DNA of 63,528 nucleotides, filler included, from Reticulomyxa filosa (Eukaryota > Protista > Foraminifera): assembly GCA_000512085.1 (NCBI GenBank). It is 18 parts of 18 records of this genome, joined end to end, with 100 filler letters (N's around TTAATTAATTAA, not from the genome) between each part and the next. Parts side by side here need not be neighbours in the genome. Positions count along the whole stretch, not along the records: positions 1 to 11,945 come from ASPP01020013.1; positions 12,046 to 13,745 come from ASPP01004824.1; 16 more parts are not named here. One strand, 5' to 3'. Of the stretch, positions 1 through 13,845 are shown piece by piece. The position numbers were made by a program, and so were the translations under genes. The notes beneath the pieces were generated by a model. That model saw only the letters and a program-made list of their open reading frames with translations. It searched no databases and was not told the DNA's origin. Positions within the stretch are counted from its first letter, which is position 1, and each line of letters opens with the position of its first letter.

Positions 1-1569
1 CTTTTGCATTGAGAGCTACAGAAAAAAAAAAACCCCTCCTTGCGCCTTGTATGCTGCACTTAGTTCTTTGCGAATAGTTCAAAAGTTTTTCTTAGCAAAT
101 ATTTTACTAATTTAAATTAAGTGTATTTTGGCCGCTAAAAATTGAAATCTTATTTTTTCAAACAAGTTTCAGCTTTTTGTTTCTAAAATCGAAACAACTT
201 CAACTTATATAACAGAAAACTGTCAAACAAAGTTAACTTTTCTTTCGAATTTGTGTTTTTTTATTAATGCAGCAGGTTCTCAGAAGTACAAGGTAACTCC
301 AATTAACTTACATGCTTTTTCCCCATCGGACTTAATATTTATATTCAAATTTATCTATTCTAATCACATACGTAAAAAAAACGAAAAGTAGGTTTGGAAC
401 AACGTCTACTTCACTTCAAAAAGGAGGTAAAAATCCAGCAGACGTGGAGAAATACATGATGCAATGTTTTGGCATTATATTGTATGAACATTGTGATAAT
501 ATTTTCCAAAAAATCCGAAATTCTAATGTAGTTTCTAAAAAATCATATATTATTATCAACATTGATGTTGTTTTTTTAACCTTGCACAAGTTGTTCACTA
601 GTGACACTTGGGAAGTCGGACATTTGATTGTACAAGTGTTCGAAGACTTTCAAATGGAAAATATGTTGTATGTTGGATAATATTTGTTTTATTTGTACTG
701 GGCAGATTTTTTGTTTTATGCACCTTTTGTATTATCGAAGATGTTGTATTATTGCTAATGGACACAAACAAATCTTCATTGCAATTACAAAAAACATTGA
801 ATGTGGCCACATAATATAATATTCAAACTAAAGAACGAATAATATTTTCATTTGCATTGATTCTGTTTCAATTTTTTGTTCGGCTTGCGGCACAAAAAAG
901 TGTTTTCGTTCGAACAGCAAAAAAAAAACAGAAACAAAAAAGCTTGCTCCATAAGCGAACTGGAAAAACACTATATACAGCTAAAAAAAAAAAGTATACG
1001 TAGAAACGTTTGTTTGCTGTGCAGGCGAACAATAACACTCTGATAATATTACGAATCAAAAACGTTACCAGTTTCTCAAACAAGCGCTTTAAACGTGTTT
1101 TTGCTTTACCGTAGAACAGAAATTGCTGAAATAAAAGTCATTTAGAAATAACGTTTTTCTCAACATGTTAAATAAAACTATCAAACTTTTTCTCCAAAAC
1201 TTATTTACAAATATCACGTTTCACCGAACGTCACAACATTTGAAAAGTGTCGCAAAAAAAAGAGAATTCAATATTACGGAATGAATGACACTATGTCCAT
1301 TTGTTATATTTTTATTGTCAGTTTTATTTTGATTATTTTCACCAATGTAATGATCCAAATGGTGTTGTCCAAAAAACCAGATATTGTCGACAAAACAAAC
1401 TGGAAAAACAAAGAGCTTTGAAGAAATTTCCGTTACTGCAACTATTATTATCAGTACTGTTAGTTTTATACGATTAGTTTGATTTTCTCGAGTACTACGA
1501 TCACACAATTGTCTGAGAGCTTCTGACATGAAAAAGCACTAACCCGTTCTAAAAGCAGCATTTGAGCAA

Positions 1570-2647
1570 CTACAGCACTTCCAAAATCAATTATTTTGAT
1601 TTGAGTGCTCAAAAGAACATTAACTACTGTTCACTGTTTTTCGTTTTTGAAAAACGCAATCATTTTATTATACGTGTTTTTCGTTTTTTTATTATAAAAA
1701 AAAAAATTGTTGCTAACGTTTTTCAATGACAACATTTTCTAGCTTTAAATCCGCAATTATTATCACCAACGAATGAACATCTGTTTTTAAAAAAAATTTG
1801 AAAACGGATAAAAGCGGTTTATATGTATACGTAGTTTTCAAAAAAAAAAAGCAAACAAAATCTTTAAAATACGCAAAAAAAAAAACAAACCTGATATCTT
1901 TTTAGATTTTTGGTTATTTTGGCGGTACGGAATGTCCCAGGAACGTGCAAGTCACTTGCTATAAACACTTTGCTAAACGTCCCCTGACCCAACAGTTGCA
2001 ACAGTTGGTAACGTTCAGTGACCGTCAATCCTTTGACAAAGACAATATAGCCTTGATCGTCAAAGGAGTATTGAGAAACTTGGGAAAGATTTGCTGGGTC
2101 ACAAAATAAGGACTTATTATAGTTGACTGTTTTCAGCAAGGCAGAAAGTAAATACACCAATGCTGATTTTAGTTGGGCTTGTGTGTCAACATTGCCTTCT
2201 GTTGTTATCATGTCATTGGAATGGACATGGTTTGGAAAAAGCTGTTTTGTCAATAAAGTTGAAGCAACAGCAAAATTTATTTTTTCTTCATTTTCTTTCT
2301 TGGTTAAAAGATGATGTGATTCATTAAGCAAGGACAAAGGCTCCAAATGCTCCTCAGTTCGTTTGCTGTGTGCTATTACGAATTATTGTTATTATTGATA
2401 ACGCACGAAAAAGTAAAATTTTTGCACTTTTTGTAATTTGTATAATTTTTTTTTTACCATCAAAGATGCGGTTTTTCTGGTCATCCACTTTTTTTTTGCT
2501 GACTAAGGAATTACGCCAATATCCACGTTTTCCTGATTTAGTTTCTCGGTCGGTTTCGTTGTCAAAAAAAAATTCCGCACAGTCAGACTTTGTTGCTTCC
2601 CATGACTCAGCAGAGCATTTCCTCTTTTTAATCGCTCTTGTTGACAT
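1570..2647 (-). pseudogene. CMGC (CLK/LAMMER- or DYRK-like) protein kinase remnant with internal deletions
   Basis: Spliced minus-strand pieces: DDQGYIVFVKG..TERYQLLQLLGQGTFSKV..TAKITKNLKRYQ (subdomains I-II, CLK-like), HSLVIIIADLKLENVV (~1731-1775, degenerate catalytic loop) and IKIIDFGSA (~1574-1600). Subdomains III-V and VIII-XI were not found. Confidence 0.75.
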
Positions 2648-4289
2648 TGGTTGATTAGGTTGCGATGATGCTCTTTTTTTTTTCAAATTAAAAAACGTTT
2701 GGCACTGACCAAGAAACAATACTTGATTTTTTCAGAAAACACAAACAACAAATAATGCTCGTGCCAAACTGATTGAGTCGAGTTTTTGAGTTTTTTCGAA
2801 TCATTTTGAAATAAATTTTGCAGTGTTTCTAAGTCCACGAATAAAATATTTAAATGCAAATTTCAGTATACGTCGAAAACAGTGACTAACCTTTTCTTAC
2901 TGACAAAAAACTTCCTAAATAATGCTTTTTTGCATTATTTACATCCAGGAATAAGATAAATTTATTTGGCAGAATGGTTTTGCGTCATTTTGTCATTTAG
3001 GACGCTTAAAAAAAGGGTGTCCAATTTAAAACCGAGCGTGTTCTCTAACTACTTAAGCCTACTTTTATATTATGAGCGTGATAAAGAAAAGTAATGAGTA
3101 ACCGGTTTTCAATTATATACTCGCTTATGTTTAGAATTATGTTTTTGTGTACAATCTTCCAAACATGATGTACATTACCTTGTTCATTAATAACTCGCTA
3201 GTATCGATCACATTACAACACACGTGAAGAAGACGAGCGCACTTTTCACTTGTTAAAAGCATTTTACAAGATATGTTAAAAATCATTTGCAAATTGATAG
3301 TGAAAATGGCTGGTTCTCCAATTTATCTTTTTAAACTTTATTGAGTCTATCTTTGTGAAAAGTGGCTGAAAAGCAATAGAACTAATTCTCAGTAATCTTT
3401 CTTCATATCCTAAAAATGTTTTATTGTTGTTCATGTGAGTGATTATTATTCATTTGTTTCTGCTCATGTGATCATATTCAAGTCAAAAATTTGAATGCTG
3501 CATCTTAAGATCTTAAAGAAAAAATGCATATTGTGACATGACAAAATCACGATTTCTGTATTTAAATGTTGTTAGTTAATTACTTTGACTTAAAATTCCA
3601 CACGAAATTGTATTGAAAGGCAAGGCCTGCGATTATTTGTATCAATCTTTTTTGGTTTAGTAGTGTTAGTGGTTCCACTAACGAGTTAACTATATATATA
3701 TTTTTTCTTATTTAAATATTTAATTGTTGTTTTTTGTTTTTTTTTTAGGAAGGATTATTTTGGTACGTGAAAATTGCATTATTAACTCTTCAAACTCATT
3801 TTCCAACTCATGCTCTTCCAGCTCCTGCTTTTCCAACCCTTCTGACTTTTCCAACTATTCAAACAACACTGATAATAATTTTTAGAAGTTGAAAGCATTC
3901 AAGATATGAACTTGGTGAAAAAAAAGTGAACTAAATCACTTATAATAAATAAGAAACTTATGTTTTTTAATTTATTTTGAAGAGTTGTTTTTATTTGTTT
4001 TTCAAACAATTTTATTTTTTGTTCTTTCATCTTTTCAAGGAAAGAAATATTAAATACAAAGATTTTGAAATTGCAAACACTGATTATTAAAAAAAGGTAA
4101 AAAATTCCTTGCTATCTTACTTCAAAAGTTCAAGCAGAACTTACTTAAAAAAAGACATTCAGTTCAATCCAAAAACTCAAAAAGATAATATCAAAACACA
4201 AAAAAATCCGAACAATGTCAAAGCGTTATCACTTTAACACTTCTTAATGGTGGCACATATATAAAGCCTTTATTTTGGTATACGATTAG

Positions 4290-5114
4290 ATTTTACACAT
4301 CATAAACAAATTGTTTTATCATCAGATCAAGACACAATGGTTTGACCACGATTTTGCATTGCACAGAATAATTGTAGCATCAACAGACAATGATAAAATT
4401 ACTTCACCATTGGATGAAAATTTTACGTCCCGTACAGGATGTGGACAATGTATTATATCTCTGGTATATTGTCCAGAACTGGTGTTATATATTCGTACTG
4501 CTCAATCACCTGAACCTGATACAATCATGTTGTCATCTGAAGAAATATTTATATATCATATTACAAATCTATTTTCTTCAAACTTCATCAACTCTTTTCC
4601 TGATTTCACATCCCATAATCGAATTGTTTTATCGTGTGAGCAAGACACAATAGTATTTCCATCTGGTGAAAATTCTGCATAATTAATCCAATCCGAGTGA
4701 CCAAGAAAAGTTTGGATGAGCTCATCTGAGGCCACATCCCATAATCTGATTGTTTCATCGTCAGAAGACAATACAATCATCCGACTTGTACTCTATTTAT
4801 TTCTTGGCCAATTCAAAATATTTAGCCTATTTTATGAAACGACATGGTAATAAAACATTGTCAAACTAATTTGCAAGAAATATAACAAATTCTTAACATA
4901 TTTAACAACAAGTCTGGCAAAATCATTTATTCATCCTAATTTCACATTTAAAATTCGGAGCAAATTTTGAATTATTATTTTCATATCTTTCTCCAACTGT
5001 TTGTTGATTTATCAATTCAACAGTAACTCAGTGTTGAATAACAAAAATTTGTAAACGAGATAGGCCTACCAAGTGTGGTATTATAGTTTCTTTTTCTTTG
5101 ATAATAGTATCCAT
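4290..5114 (-). pseudogene. WD40-repeat protein pseudogene (short exon 1, 33-aa module exon, WD40 exon)
   Basis: Exon 1 MDTIIKEKETIIPHL|GT; exon 4898-4996 carries a TGA in place of the conserved W; WD repeats TIRLWDVAS..LGHSDWINYAEFSPDGNTIVSCSHDKTIRLWDVK; later repeats are broken by stops and frameshifts. Confidence 0.85.
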
Positions 5115-5329
5115 TTTCTTTGTTTATTATAAAGATGATCAACCTGTCACTTTGGAATTGAAAGGAGCCATACGCGCACCAACTATTACATACGATGTGT
5201 ATTCATTTTTATCTGAATTAATTGAGGTCTCCTTTTTTTTTTTTTTGTTTGTTCCATTTCCTCTTCATCTGTTGCATTGCAAATGAGGCTTACACGTCAT
5301 TTTGGGAATACAAACGCACACATAAAAGG

Positions 5330-6210
5330 TACCGGTGTCGTCCGTCTTTTGACTTTGCCTTGTTGTTTCGTTTGCTTCTCTTCAATTGATATGTTTCGGC
5401 ACTAGAGATATGTCCGCCCTCTTTTGACAGTATGCAGTCACGTTCATGATCCGTCTGCTATCAATCCACTCACTTCTTTACCCCTTTCATCTGTTCGCTT
5501 CACTGTCGGTAGTGAAAAGTCGTCGGCTTCAAAGTTATCAGTGTCCACTTCAGCCTTTCTAACTGGGAAACCTTGGAGATAGCGACTCAAAACTGTCGTA
5601 TTTTTGCTAAAAGTCCATTTTTCAATTTGTGGGACCATCATTTTCAATTGTTTTTGTACTGAATCTTTACTTTCCTTCTTTTTTGTTCTTTGTGCAAGAA
5701 AAAAATAGCTGTTTCAAAAGATCAACAATTTCACGTAGTTTCAGCTCTTTATACCATTTAACTGTCCCACGGTTGGGCCTCAGATATGCTAATTTGATGC
5801 AAAAGAACAAGCCCAAAAAATATTAGAGCAATGAGTTTGGATTATTGGCACTCTAATTTGTCGGCCAAGTGCTCAATATTTGCATCGAGGCTGCATTTAC
5901 TTGGAAGAAATGTCGGTTCTATGTTGGTCAACAATTACAACATTCGCCGTCAAATCATTTACTCGATGATTTAACACCAAATCTGTAAATCTTTCATCTT
6001 AATCTTTACATTGTCCTTTGTTTATGCATTTATTTTAATTTTTGAGTAAGCTCTTGTTTTTTTTATGCTCAGTAAAAGACATTTTTTCCTGTTATGAACC
6101 TTAGCACCGGGTTTTACCTTTGAAGAAAATATGAAAAATAAAACTCTGACAAGTAAATCATACAAGCTTGCTCTCACAAAACCAAATGGTGAGCATTTGT
6201 CAAAAATTAT
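5330..6210 (-). pseudogene. Decayed coding remnant, family not recognised
   Basis: Higher GC than flanks; protein-like segments in shifting frames (VPQIEKWTFSK..DTDNFEADDFSLP; VKWYKELKLREIVDLLKQLF) interrupted by stops. Confidence 0.3.
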
Positions 6211-7439
6211 CAAACATACCAAAAAGTGTCAGTAACAGAAGAAAAGTGAAAGTAATTCACGCCACAAAAAAATTAGTAAGCGAAAATCCGTTACCTAAAT
6301 TACAACATAGTATGTTTTTTATTTTTTATTTTCCTGAAGGATATTTACGAGAATATATATAGTAGTCTTCGACTCTAATGTGTCGATTTCTGCAACGCTT
6401 TCTCGAAGAACAAAAAACAACACGATGATATTCTTCAAACTTTTTTGATATAGTTTGTTTTTTCGCATTGTTGACAATTTTTTTCCCATTTAAATAAAAG
6501 AAAACGAAGAATTTTCTGCTTTGTTCATAGGCTTTTTTGGTAAGAACATAAATGCAGCAAGGTGAAAAATCTTTTGGGATTGTTTTGTTATCATTTGATT
6601 CCTTTTTTTTTATTTAAATTTTCTTTTGTTCCTAAAACTTTTGTATTTGGTTAGGTTGCATACTAACTTAAAGAACCAAAATAATTTTTGTTCTTACAAA
6701 CATTCGCAATAAAGTTATTTACTTTGTAAAAAAAATAATGCATATTCAACAATATAAATCATTTGACAACGATGTTGAAGTTTCAAAAAATCTACGTGAC
6801 ACGGGCAGTGAAAGTAGGAAAATGTTCCTATGTAGAATCGAACTCAAATTTGATGAAAAGTGAGTTGAATAGGCAGAATGAAAGTCAATTCATTTTTAAA
6901 AAGTTTGAGTGAGTATTTAATTTTTCATACGGTTGACAATGAGATTTTTTAAATTATTTATACTTTGGTGAAATAACATAAGTTCTTAAATTTGAAGCAG
7001 GCTTAAAAGAGTATTACGTTGAAAAGGTATCAATTAAGAATTGGAAGAATTAACAAAATTTAACTAAATGTGCAAAAAGGAATGGCCACATTTCACACAC
7101 TCAAACTTATTTAAATTTTCCACACAAACGATGTTATCTGTGAAGTAGTGTAATAACACTTTATTTGCATGTCAATACATTTTTCTTTTTCATTTGGTCC
7201 AATTATATTCTTCACAAATAGTGATATCACAATCAGCATGCGGTAATAATTTATGCGACTCTGTTCGAATCGTTATTTCGTGCATGGCTTCTGCTTGTAT
7301 CAGCAGCTGGAGAAAAAATAAAATTCATTCATTTCTGATGCTATTTGTGTTATATTCATCAAATGTGAGATATCTTCTTATATTAACAGAGAATAAAGAG
7401 AAATAAAGTGTATTAATATGTATTACTTAACATTAAATC

Positions 7440-8060
7440 TCAACACTTTGATTGCTTGCAAAACAAGGATAACAAAGATCTAATAAGATCGACATTAACC
7501 AGAAACTGTTCGTAATTTAACGTTGATTTAGAAGCATTGCTTTTTTCATTTGCTTCATTTGAGGCGCGCTCTTTACAAAGATGATGGATATTTAATACTT
7601 GCGGCGACTTGAAGCTGCTTTGAGCGCCTCGAGGCACATCAAATCCTACAACAAAATCAAATCCATTAATTGTGAAAATCCGAGCAGAGTCTTTGCATTA
7701 ATGTCACAACGAATATTGTTTGTCCATGATTTTTTATTGCAATGTGAGGACTGTGAAATATTTTTGTCCATTGATACTACAAAAAGGATTTCATCTTCAG
7801 TTTGTTAAGACTCCATTTCTATTGTAATCTCTGCAGACACATCAAATATAGGGCCAATGTTTCAATGTCCATGTTTTCAAGAGTCTTTTGGTTTCCAATG
7901 AGTGCCATTTGTTTTTGTAGAAATAAGCGTCCTCCAATTTTGATTGTGTTTTTTTAATCAGATTATCCAGACAATGCAATAGTATTTATGTTCTTCATCT
8001 TTCTTTGTGGCTCCATCACTTATTCACAATTACCTCCACTTCTTGAGTTCTTAGTATATT
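7440..8060 (-). pseudogene. Decayed coding remnant, family not recognised
   Basis: A long minus-strand stretch reads TEDEILFVVSMDKNISQ...NYEQFLVNVDLIRSLL, with upstream stops and frameshifts. Confidence 0.3.
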
Positions 8061-8249
8061 CTAGTTTTTGTAATGTAGAGAAAAAACATCAATAAATTAA
8101 TTTAAATGGCTTATGAAAAGACAACAATATAAATGTTTAATTTCAATGACTTATGCGAAGGTTTTGTTCTTGATCGATTTTGATAACAGGTATATAATAA
8201 TCTTGGTAAAAAATGTGCTGCACTTCGAAGAGATTTATTGTGTCGATCT

Positions 8250-11128
8250 ATCTTTATCCACATTGTCTCTGCGGACCGGACACGCCTTGCTTTCTCACAA
8301 CAGGTTCATACTCCTTTGATCGATACGCCGCCATTGTCGTCTCCCTTTCGTGAATCCACTGCAGCTTCCATATTGCTATTCGTTTCTTTTCTTTTCGCTT
8401 CTCCCCTTCACTTAATCTCCAAACCTAAATGAAATATTTTACAATGAAAGAGTCCGTGCTCACATTGCTTTGATGAAGATATATTACAGTCATTAAAAAT
8501 ATAACATAAACTACATACATTAACACCAACCTTCAAATAGAGCCTGTCGATTTTTTTATTTTCTATGCTTTTCCCCTTTCCCCCCTCCCCCCCCCCCCCC
8601 ATTGTTCTGGACAACATAAATATCCATTTTTTGTTTGACTTCGAATAATAGCAGAATTGCACGCCCAAGGAAAATTGTCCGTGGAACATGCATCCACTTG
8701 AATATCTCCATCATTCTTTGTCACTATTGTCTGAAGATGCATCCACCACAACTCCGGTAAAACTGTCCTCTCGCTCCTTTCTTTATCACGAAATACACTT
8801 TTGAGATGTACTCGTAATAAGCACAAAGAGAAGGCCGAGTTGGGTAATGACACTGTTGAGCTGCATCCTGTCGATATGTATATGGCCTTCACGTCGTCGT
8901 CGTCCCCTCCCCCCCCCCCCCTTCATTCTCGATGTGACGGCCGATTGGTAATGTCGGAAGCAAGGCACAATTACATCACCAATTTGTTGAAAGGCCTTGA
9001 AGATTGCTGAGCCTGATTCCGATCTCGATCCCTCTATTCGCCGGATGTTGCTACGTGCAATTGCATGCAAACAGCTAACCAGCAGTGCCCTTTGCCCAAT
9101 GATACACATATTCGAACGATGATGGCATTGGCAAATTGGAAGTCGTATTATATAATAAGTTGATTGATCACTTTTTGGTATTTGATTGCTTGTGGTAACA
9201 CGAATTTGGCGAGCGAGCAATTTGAGTCAGCGATATTGTCGGAGGTACTCAAGACGTTCAAATCTTGCGGTGTTCAATGCTTGCACAACGGCCAAGATAT
9301 AGTCCGCAATGGAATATGAAAAGTTGATAATCAAAGATACCCCACTTTGCAGTGATCAAAGTATATCTATACGTGTTATATGACGACGACGACGACGACG
9401 ACGATGCATCTGACAACTTGTTGTTTTTTAAATATCTATACCTTTCACTTCGATCAATGCTTCGTTTGGAAAAGAATTTTTTGAATCACTGTCTTGTTGC
9501 TCAAACATGCAGCCACAGGAGAATAGTCAAATTGCTTTTTCAGTGCTTGTCAATGATAACCTTGACCACATCTGTTGCGTCAGTACACGATTTGTGAGTT
9601 GTGGCCATTGATTTGAATGATTGATTGTACGCTTTGTGTGGTACAACGCTTTGGAGCAACGTCCAATTGTCGATTATGCATTCATTTGACTGGATATGCG
9701 ACCTTTTTATAATACGTGCTGGTGAATTTTGATATTGCTTGCTTGACCGCACGATTCCGGTTGACATTCGAGAATAGATACAGGCCAAACCATTTTGCAT
9801 AATGTCGTATTGTTGGCACATAAATTGAAAGTGATTCCAGATATACGACCAACTAATGCCCATACGCTATCAGCACGTTTGTACATAGTAGAACTTCGAT
9901 TTGCATCAGCATTGGCGTCGACAAAAAAAGTGGGGCGACAATGGGGCTGTAATTGGACTAAACGCATGTGGCGGGAATTGTGGGCATTATTGATTGTGCT
10001 ATGATCGCCACATCTCGTGCATTACGCACTTGTTTCTAACAATCCATCTGGAATACTTTCATTGCTCCGAACTATATTAATACTCACATTTCACAAGAAA
10101 ATAAATCATAGCGTGATTTCAAATTGAAACAATGAAATTATTTTGGTCAATTTCTTGAACAATATGTAATCCGACATGTCAAAGAACTGCAACGAAACCA
10201 GACCCACTCACACGATCTTCACAATGAAATAACTGACACCATCCATCCGATAGTATACTAATCAAATTTCCACAAATTAATCACATCCTTCATTATAACT
10301 ACAAATGAAATATACTTCCTTTGCCGCACTTGATGTAAATATTAACAAATAATATCATACGCCCGAGACTGCCACAGTCGATAGTGCGACGTTATGTACC
10401 TTGCACCACAACTTCAATTCACCAATGTCTTCATCCATGTCGGCTCGTCTCGTCGGTTCAATGATCATTTGCCTTGTAACCGGGAATCTTTGTCACTGCG
10501 CCACTATTCAGCATTTAAAGTCACTTGTAATACAGACCACTCTTGTTTTCATTATCAATACAATTGATCAAATCTATACAATCCAAAAAACAAAATGTCT
10601 TCATAACAACAATAGTTATTCACAACTGTAGTGTAAATGCGTGTGTTTATAGACATTGTAGGGTGCTGTTGATAGTATTGATAGAGATAGCGTTTGATTT
10701 CGTGCTTACATCAAAAACTGGCACTCTTTTTAGGAAATGTGATAGATAATATATTGATACAATTGTTGCGGGATGGATTGTCACTATAATCCACGTTGTA
10801 AGAAGTCTCGCACGTTGGGCTGCAATTGAAATAATAATTCCCAAATCCGAACATCTTTGTTGGCTCACAATGATGTATACGTATATGTCTTGACGATATC
10901 GGGCATAACAATACGATTAAGAACGAGTGCTGGCAATTGCAGGAGCATATTCCAAATATTATTGTTGCAGCTAGAGTTGCAGTTGGACCCATGAGTGATA
11001 TGATAATTTGGCTCCAATTGACTTAGAAAATAATATACAATTTAGATTTCCATTTTGGTGCCATTCAATTGATCTTTATTTTGCCCACGAACACCATACA
11101 GTTGAATTCGCTGCCTTCAATTTCAAGT
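8250..11128 (-). pseudogene. Large, heavily decayed intron-containing gene, product unknown
   Basis: About 2.9 kb of GC-elevated sequence with many short overlapping ORFs; A-rich acceptor ...aaaatatatAG at 11129-11130; no recognisable domain. Confidence 0.4.
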
Positions 11129-11945
11129 CTATATATTTTTATTTTAAAACAAGTCAAATATAAAAAAAAAAGTATATTTATTTTTACTTAACTATCATAT
11201 AAATATACAATTTTTGGAGCAATTTCTCCAACATTAAAAAATAAAAACATTATTATTTAATTTTTTCTTTCATTTTCTTCTTTTGCTTTCTTTTTTTTCT
11301 TTTTTTATCTATTTTTTTACTTTTTTTCTACCATTTATTATTATTTTTAATCTTTTTTATTTTTTTTTACTTTCTTTCTTTTTTCCATTATCAATTTTTT
11401 CCCCTATCCCTTTTTCAATTATCAATTTTTTTTCCCCTCTTATTATCATTATTATCCCGTTTTTTTCCCTCAATCATCTGCAACTTTTTTTAAAAAAAGA
11501 AATATGCCAAGACCCTGTGACACCTATACAACACAAACAAATTATTTAAATTTTTAAAGAGTATTTAAAAAATATATGTACCTATTATTTGGACTCGAAC
11601 GCAATTTGAAATTTTTTTTTTCCTATTGCAAACACTCAAATCTTTTTTATTTTATGTATATATAAGTGGGGAGGGGGAACAAAAAAACATAAATAAATAT
11701 TTTTCTTTGTGATGGGGAATTCCTATTTATGACATACAAGCACACAATCACATTGTTTTAACAAAAGAAAAATATTAACATATATAAATAAACAAACCAT
11801 TATTTTTTCTTTTGAAGACGGAGGTGGCCTTCAACCCGTTATTTCTTTTGTGTGTGGATTGGAGAAAAATATTTAACGCTGTTTGGGACGGGGGATTCCT
11901 GTACAAGCATACAACAAATGAATATACTTTTATTAAAAAAAAAAA

Positions 11946-12045
11946 NNNNNNNNNNNNNNNNNNNNNNNNNNNNNNNNNNNNNNNNNNNNTTAATTAATTA
12001 ANNNNNNNNNNNNNNNNNNNNNNNNNNNNNNNNNNNNNNNNNNNN
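11946..12045. other. Artificial contig linker N44-TTAATTAATTAA-N44 (first of 17)
   Basis: Identical 100-nt spacers with stops in all six frames at 11946-12045, 13746-13845, 19816-19915, 23621-23720, 25246-25345, 29815-29914, 31021-31120, 32208-32307, 33948-34047, 38392-38491, 45739-45838, 48707-48806, 50523-50622, 56553-56652, 58182-58281, 60137-60236, 62132-62231. Confidence 0.99.
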
Positions 12046-12083
12046 AAATTGTTTAAAAATAAACATTGCAAATTGTTGTTGTA

Positions 12084-13745
12084 TATAATCACAAAATAAA
12101 CAATTCAAATAACAAATATTTTAAAATTTTTCTCTTCCTGTTTGTTATTACCAAAACGGAAAAACTTATTAAGCAAACTTTGAAAGGAATGTTTTTTTTG
12201 CATAGTGCTCACGAATTGTAAAAAATCATAACACTTTATCCAATTACCTTCGTTCCCTATTTTTACAAGTGATCTTGCGTGTTTGTTATGAAAATAATAT
12301 TTTTTGTCACCAAGTATAAAGCAATTATTGTCCATTCAATTTCGATATTTGTATTTGATAATATTTAGTGCACTTGTTGATTTCACAAGAAATAACAGCT
12401 TTCAATCCTTTTCATAATTTGTGGTAAACAATTCTTTTTCATTTATTTAATATAATTTCATGGGCTAAACACTATATTGTTAGTAAAGGAATCAAATAAT
12501 TATTTCGTTTATGTGTAACTTTTATTTCTCTTCAATTCACCATTTTCTCAACAAAAAAAAAAATCAAAATGTTTTGCAAGAATTTATATATCAAAATCTT
12601 CTTTTTACAAAATTTGCCTTTCTTTTGTGTCAAACTTTCACTATATTCTGAGTCAAGTTCAAGCAGATGCTAAATACTTCATCAGTAATACTTTTTTTGT
12701 AAATTGGGATTATAATTCAATTGCATTTTAACAAAAAGAATTCACTCAAACTGTTCAACTGCCGCTAATATAATTATTTTGAAAGTCCTGATAAACGAAT
12801 GGGAATAACCCAAATTCAATAGTTGATTTTAATTTCATTAATTTATTAAATCAAGATTCGAAGAAATAAAAGTATTTTTAAAATAAATTATGGATTATCA
12901 TTTTTTTTTACTAATAGTGCAAAGCCATCGGCAATGAACTCAATACACTTCCCAATTCAACTTTTCCCAATGTCTTCAATGGCTTTTCTACATACTTGTG
13001 CATACTTCAATCTTTATCTCTCAAATTTTTTATCAATAATTTCGACATACTTTCTAATACAACTTATCTCATTGAATTCATCTTTATCCTTCAAAGTATC
13101 ATTCACCACATTTTCTTTTATTGATGTTGGTTTAAATTTTGATTTTTCAATTCAGTACTCAATGTATTAAATGCAATGCATATCACTGATGATCCAAGGG
13201 ATAACAAAATTCTTTAGATGAAATTGATGGAGTTAATGTCAACGCTAATATACATATATAACTCTGTGGTAACAATAATTTGATTTGCTCAACCATTTTA
13301 TATGTGGTCAATGCTTACCAACTTGGAACTGACTTTATATTGTCTACCTAAAATCATCTGCTTAAAGAAGAATATATTAACGATTTTAAACAAAATTATT
13401 TGAAATTATTTTCAATTTCTCACAAGTTATATATAGCAGAGCATAACAATAATTGATTGCAATGATCAGATTTCACACGAGCGAATAATGGAAAGATTTC
13501 AAAAGACTATATATATTAATTTATAAATTGTAAATAATGCAATATATTTAGCTTGGCTAAAATGGATAATTATTATATTTTTGATTTTTGAAATTGTGAT
13601 GAAACAATTCAGACATATTCTATCTTTATAATATACATTGGATTAGATTAGATTAGATTTATAAAACAATCGTTTTGGTAATAACAAACAGGAAGAGAAC
13701 AATTTTAACATATTTGTTATTCGAATTGTTTATTTTGTGATTATA
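12084..13745. repeat. 75-bp inverted repeat pair near the two ends of a 1.7-kb contig (12084-12158 / 13671-13745)
   Basis: tataatcacaaaataaacaattc...ttattaccaaaacg matches the reverse complement of 13671-13745 with 3 mismatches. Confidence 0.9.
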
Positions 13746-13845
13746 NNNNNNNNNNNNNNNNNNNNNNNNNNNNNNNNNNNNNNNNNNNNTTAATTAATTA
13801 ANNNNNNNNNNNNNNNNNNNNNNNNNNNNNNNNNNNNNNNNNNNN

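Noticed and set aside
410-500. ADV..CFGIILYE as a plus-strand kinase subdomain IX
   Set aside because: An isolated short resemblance with no other kinase motifs in frame.
3665-3682. Hairpin GTTAGTGG-tt-CCACTAAC as a Helitron 3' end
   Set aside because: No correctly placed CTRR|T terminus and no Rep/helicase remnant; short enough to be chance.
6826-6850. GTTCGATTC B-box/T-loop on the minus strand as a tRNA or SINE
   Set aside because: The T-stem does not pair, and no cloverleaf or A-box is evident.
11283-11549. F/I/L-rich ORF as a membrane protein
   Set aside because: Translation of a T-rich low-complexity tract.
11990-12001. Recurrent TTAATTAATTAA as a biological repeat or CRISPR-like array
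   Set aside because: Always centred in 44+44 Ns; it is an assembly linker with six-frame stops.
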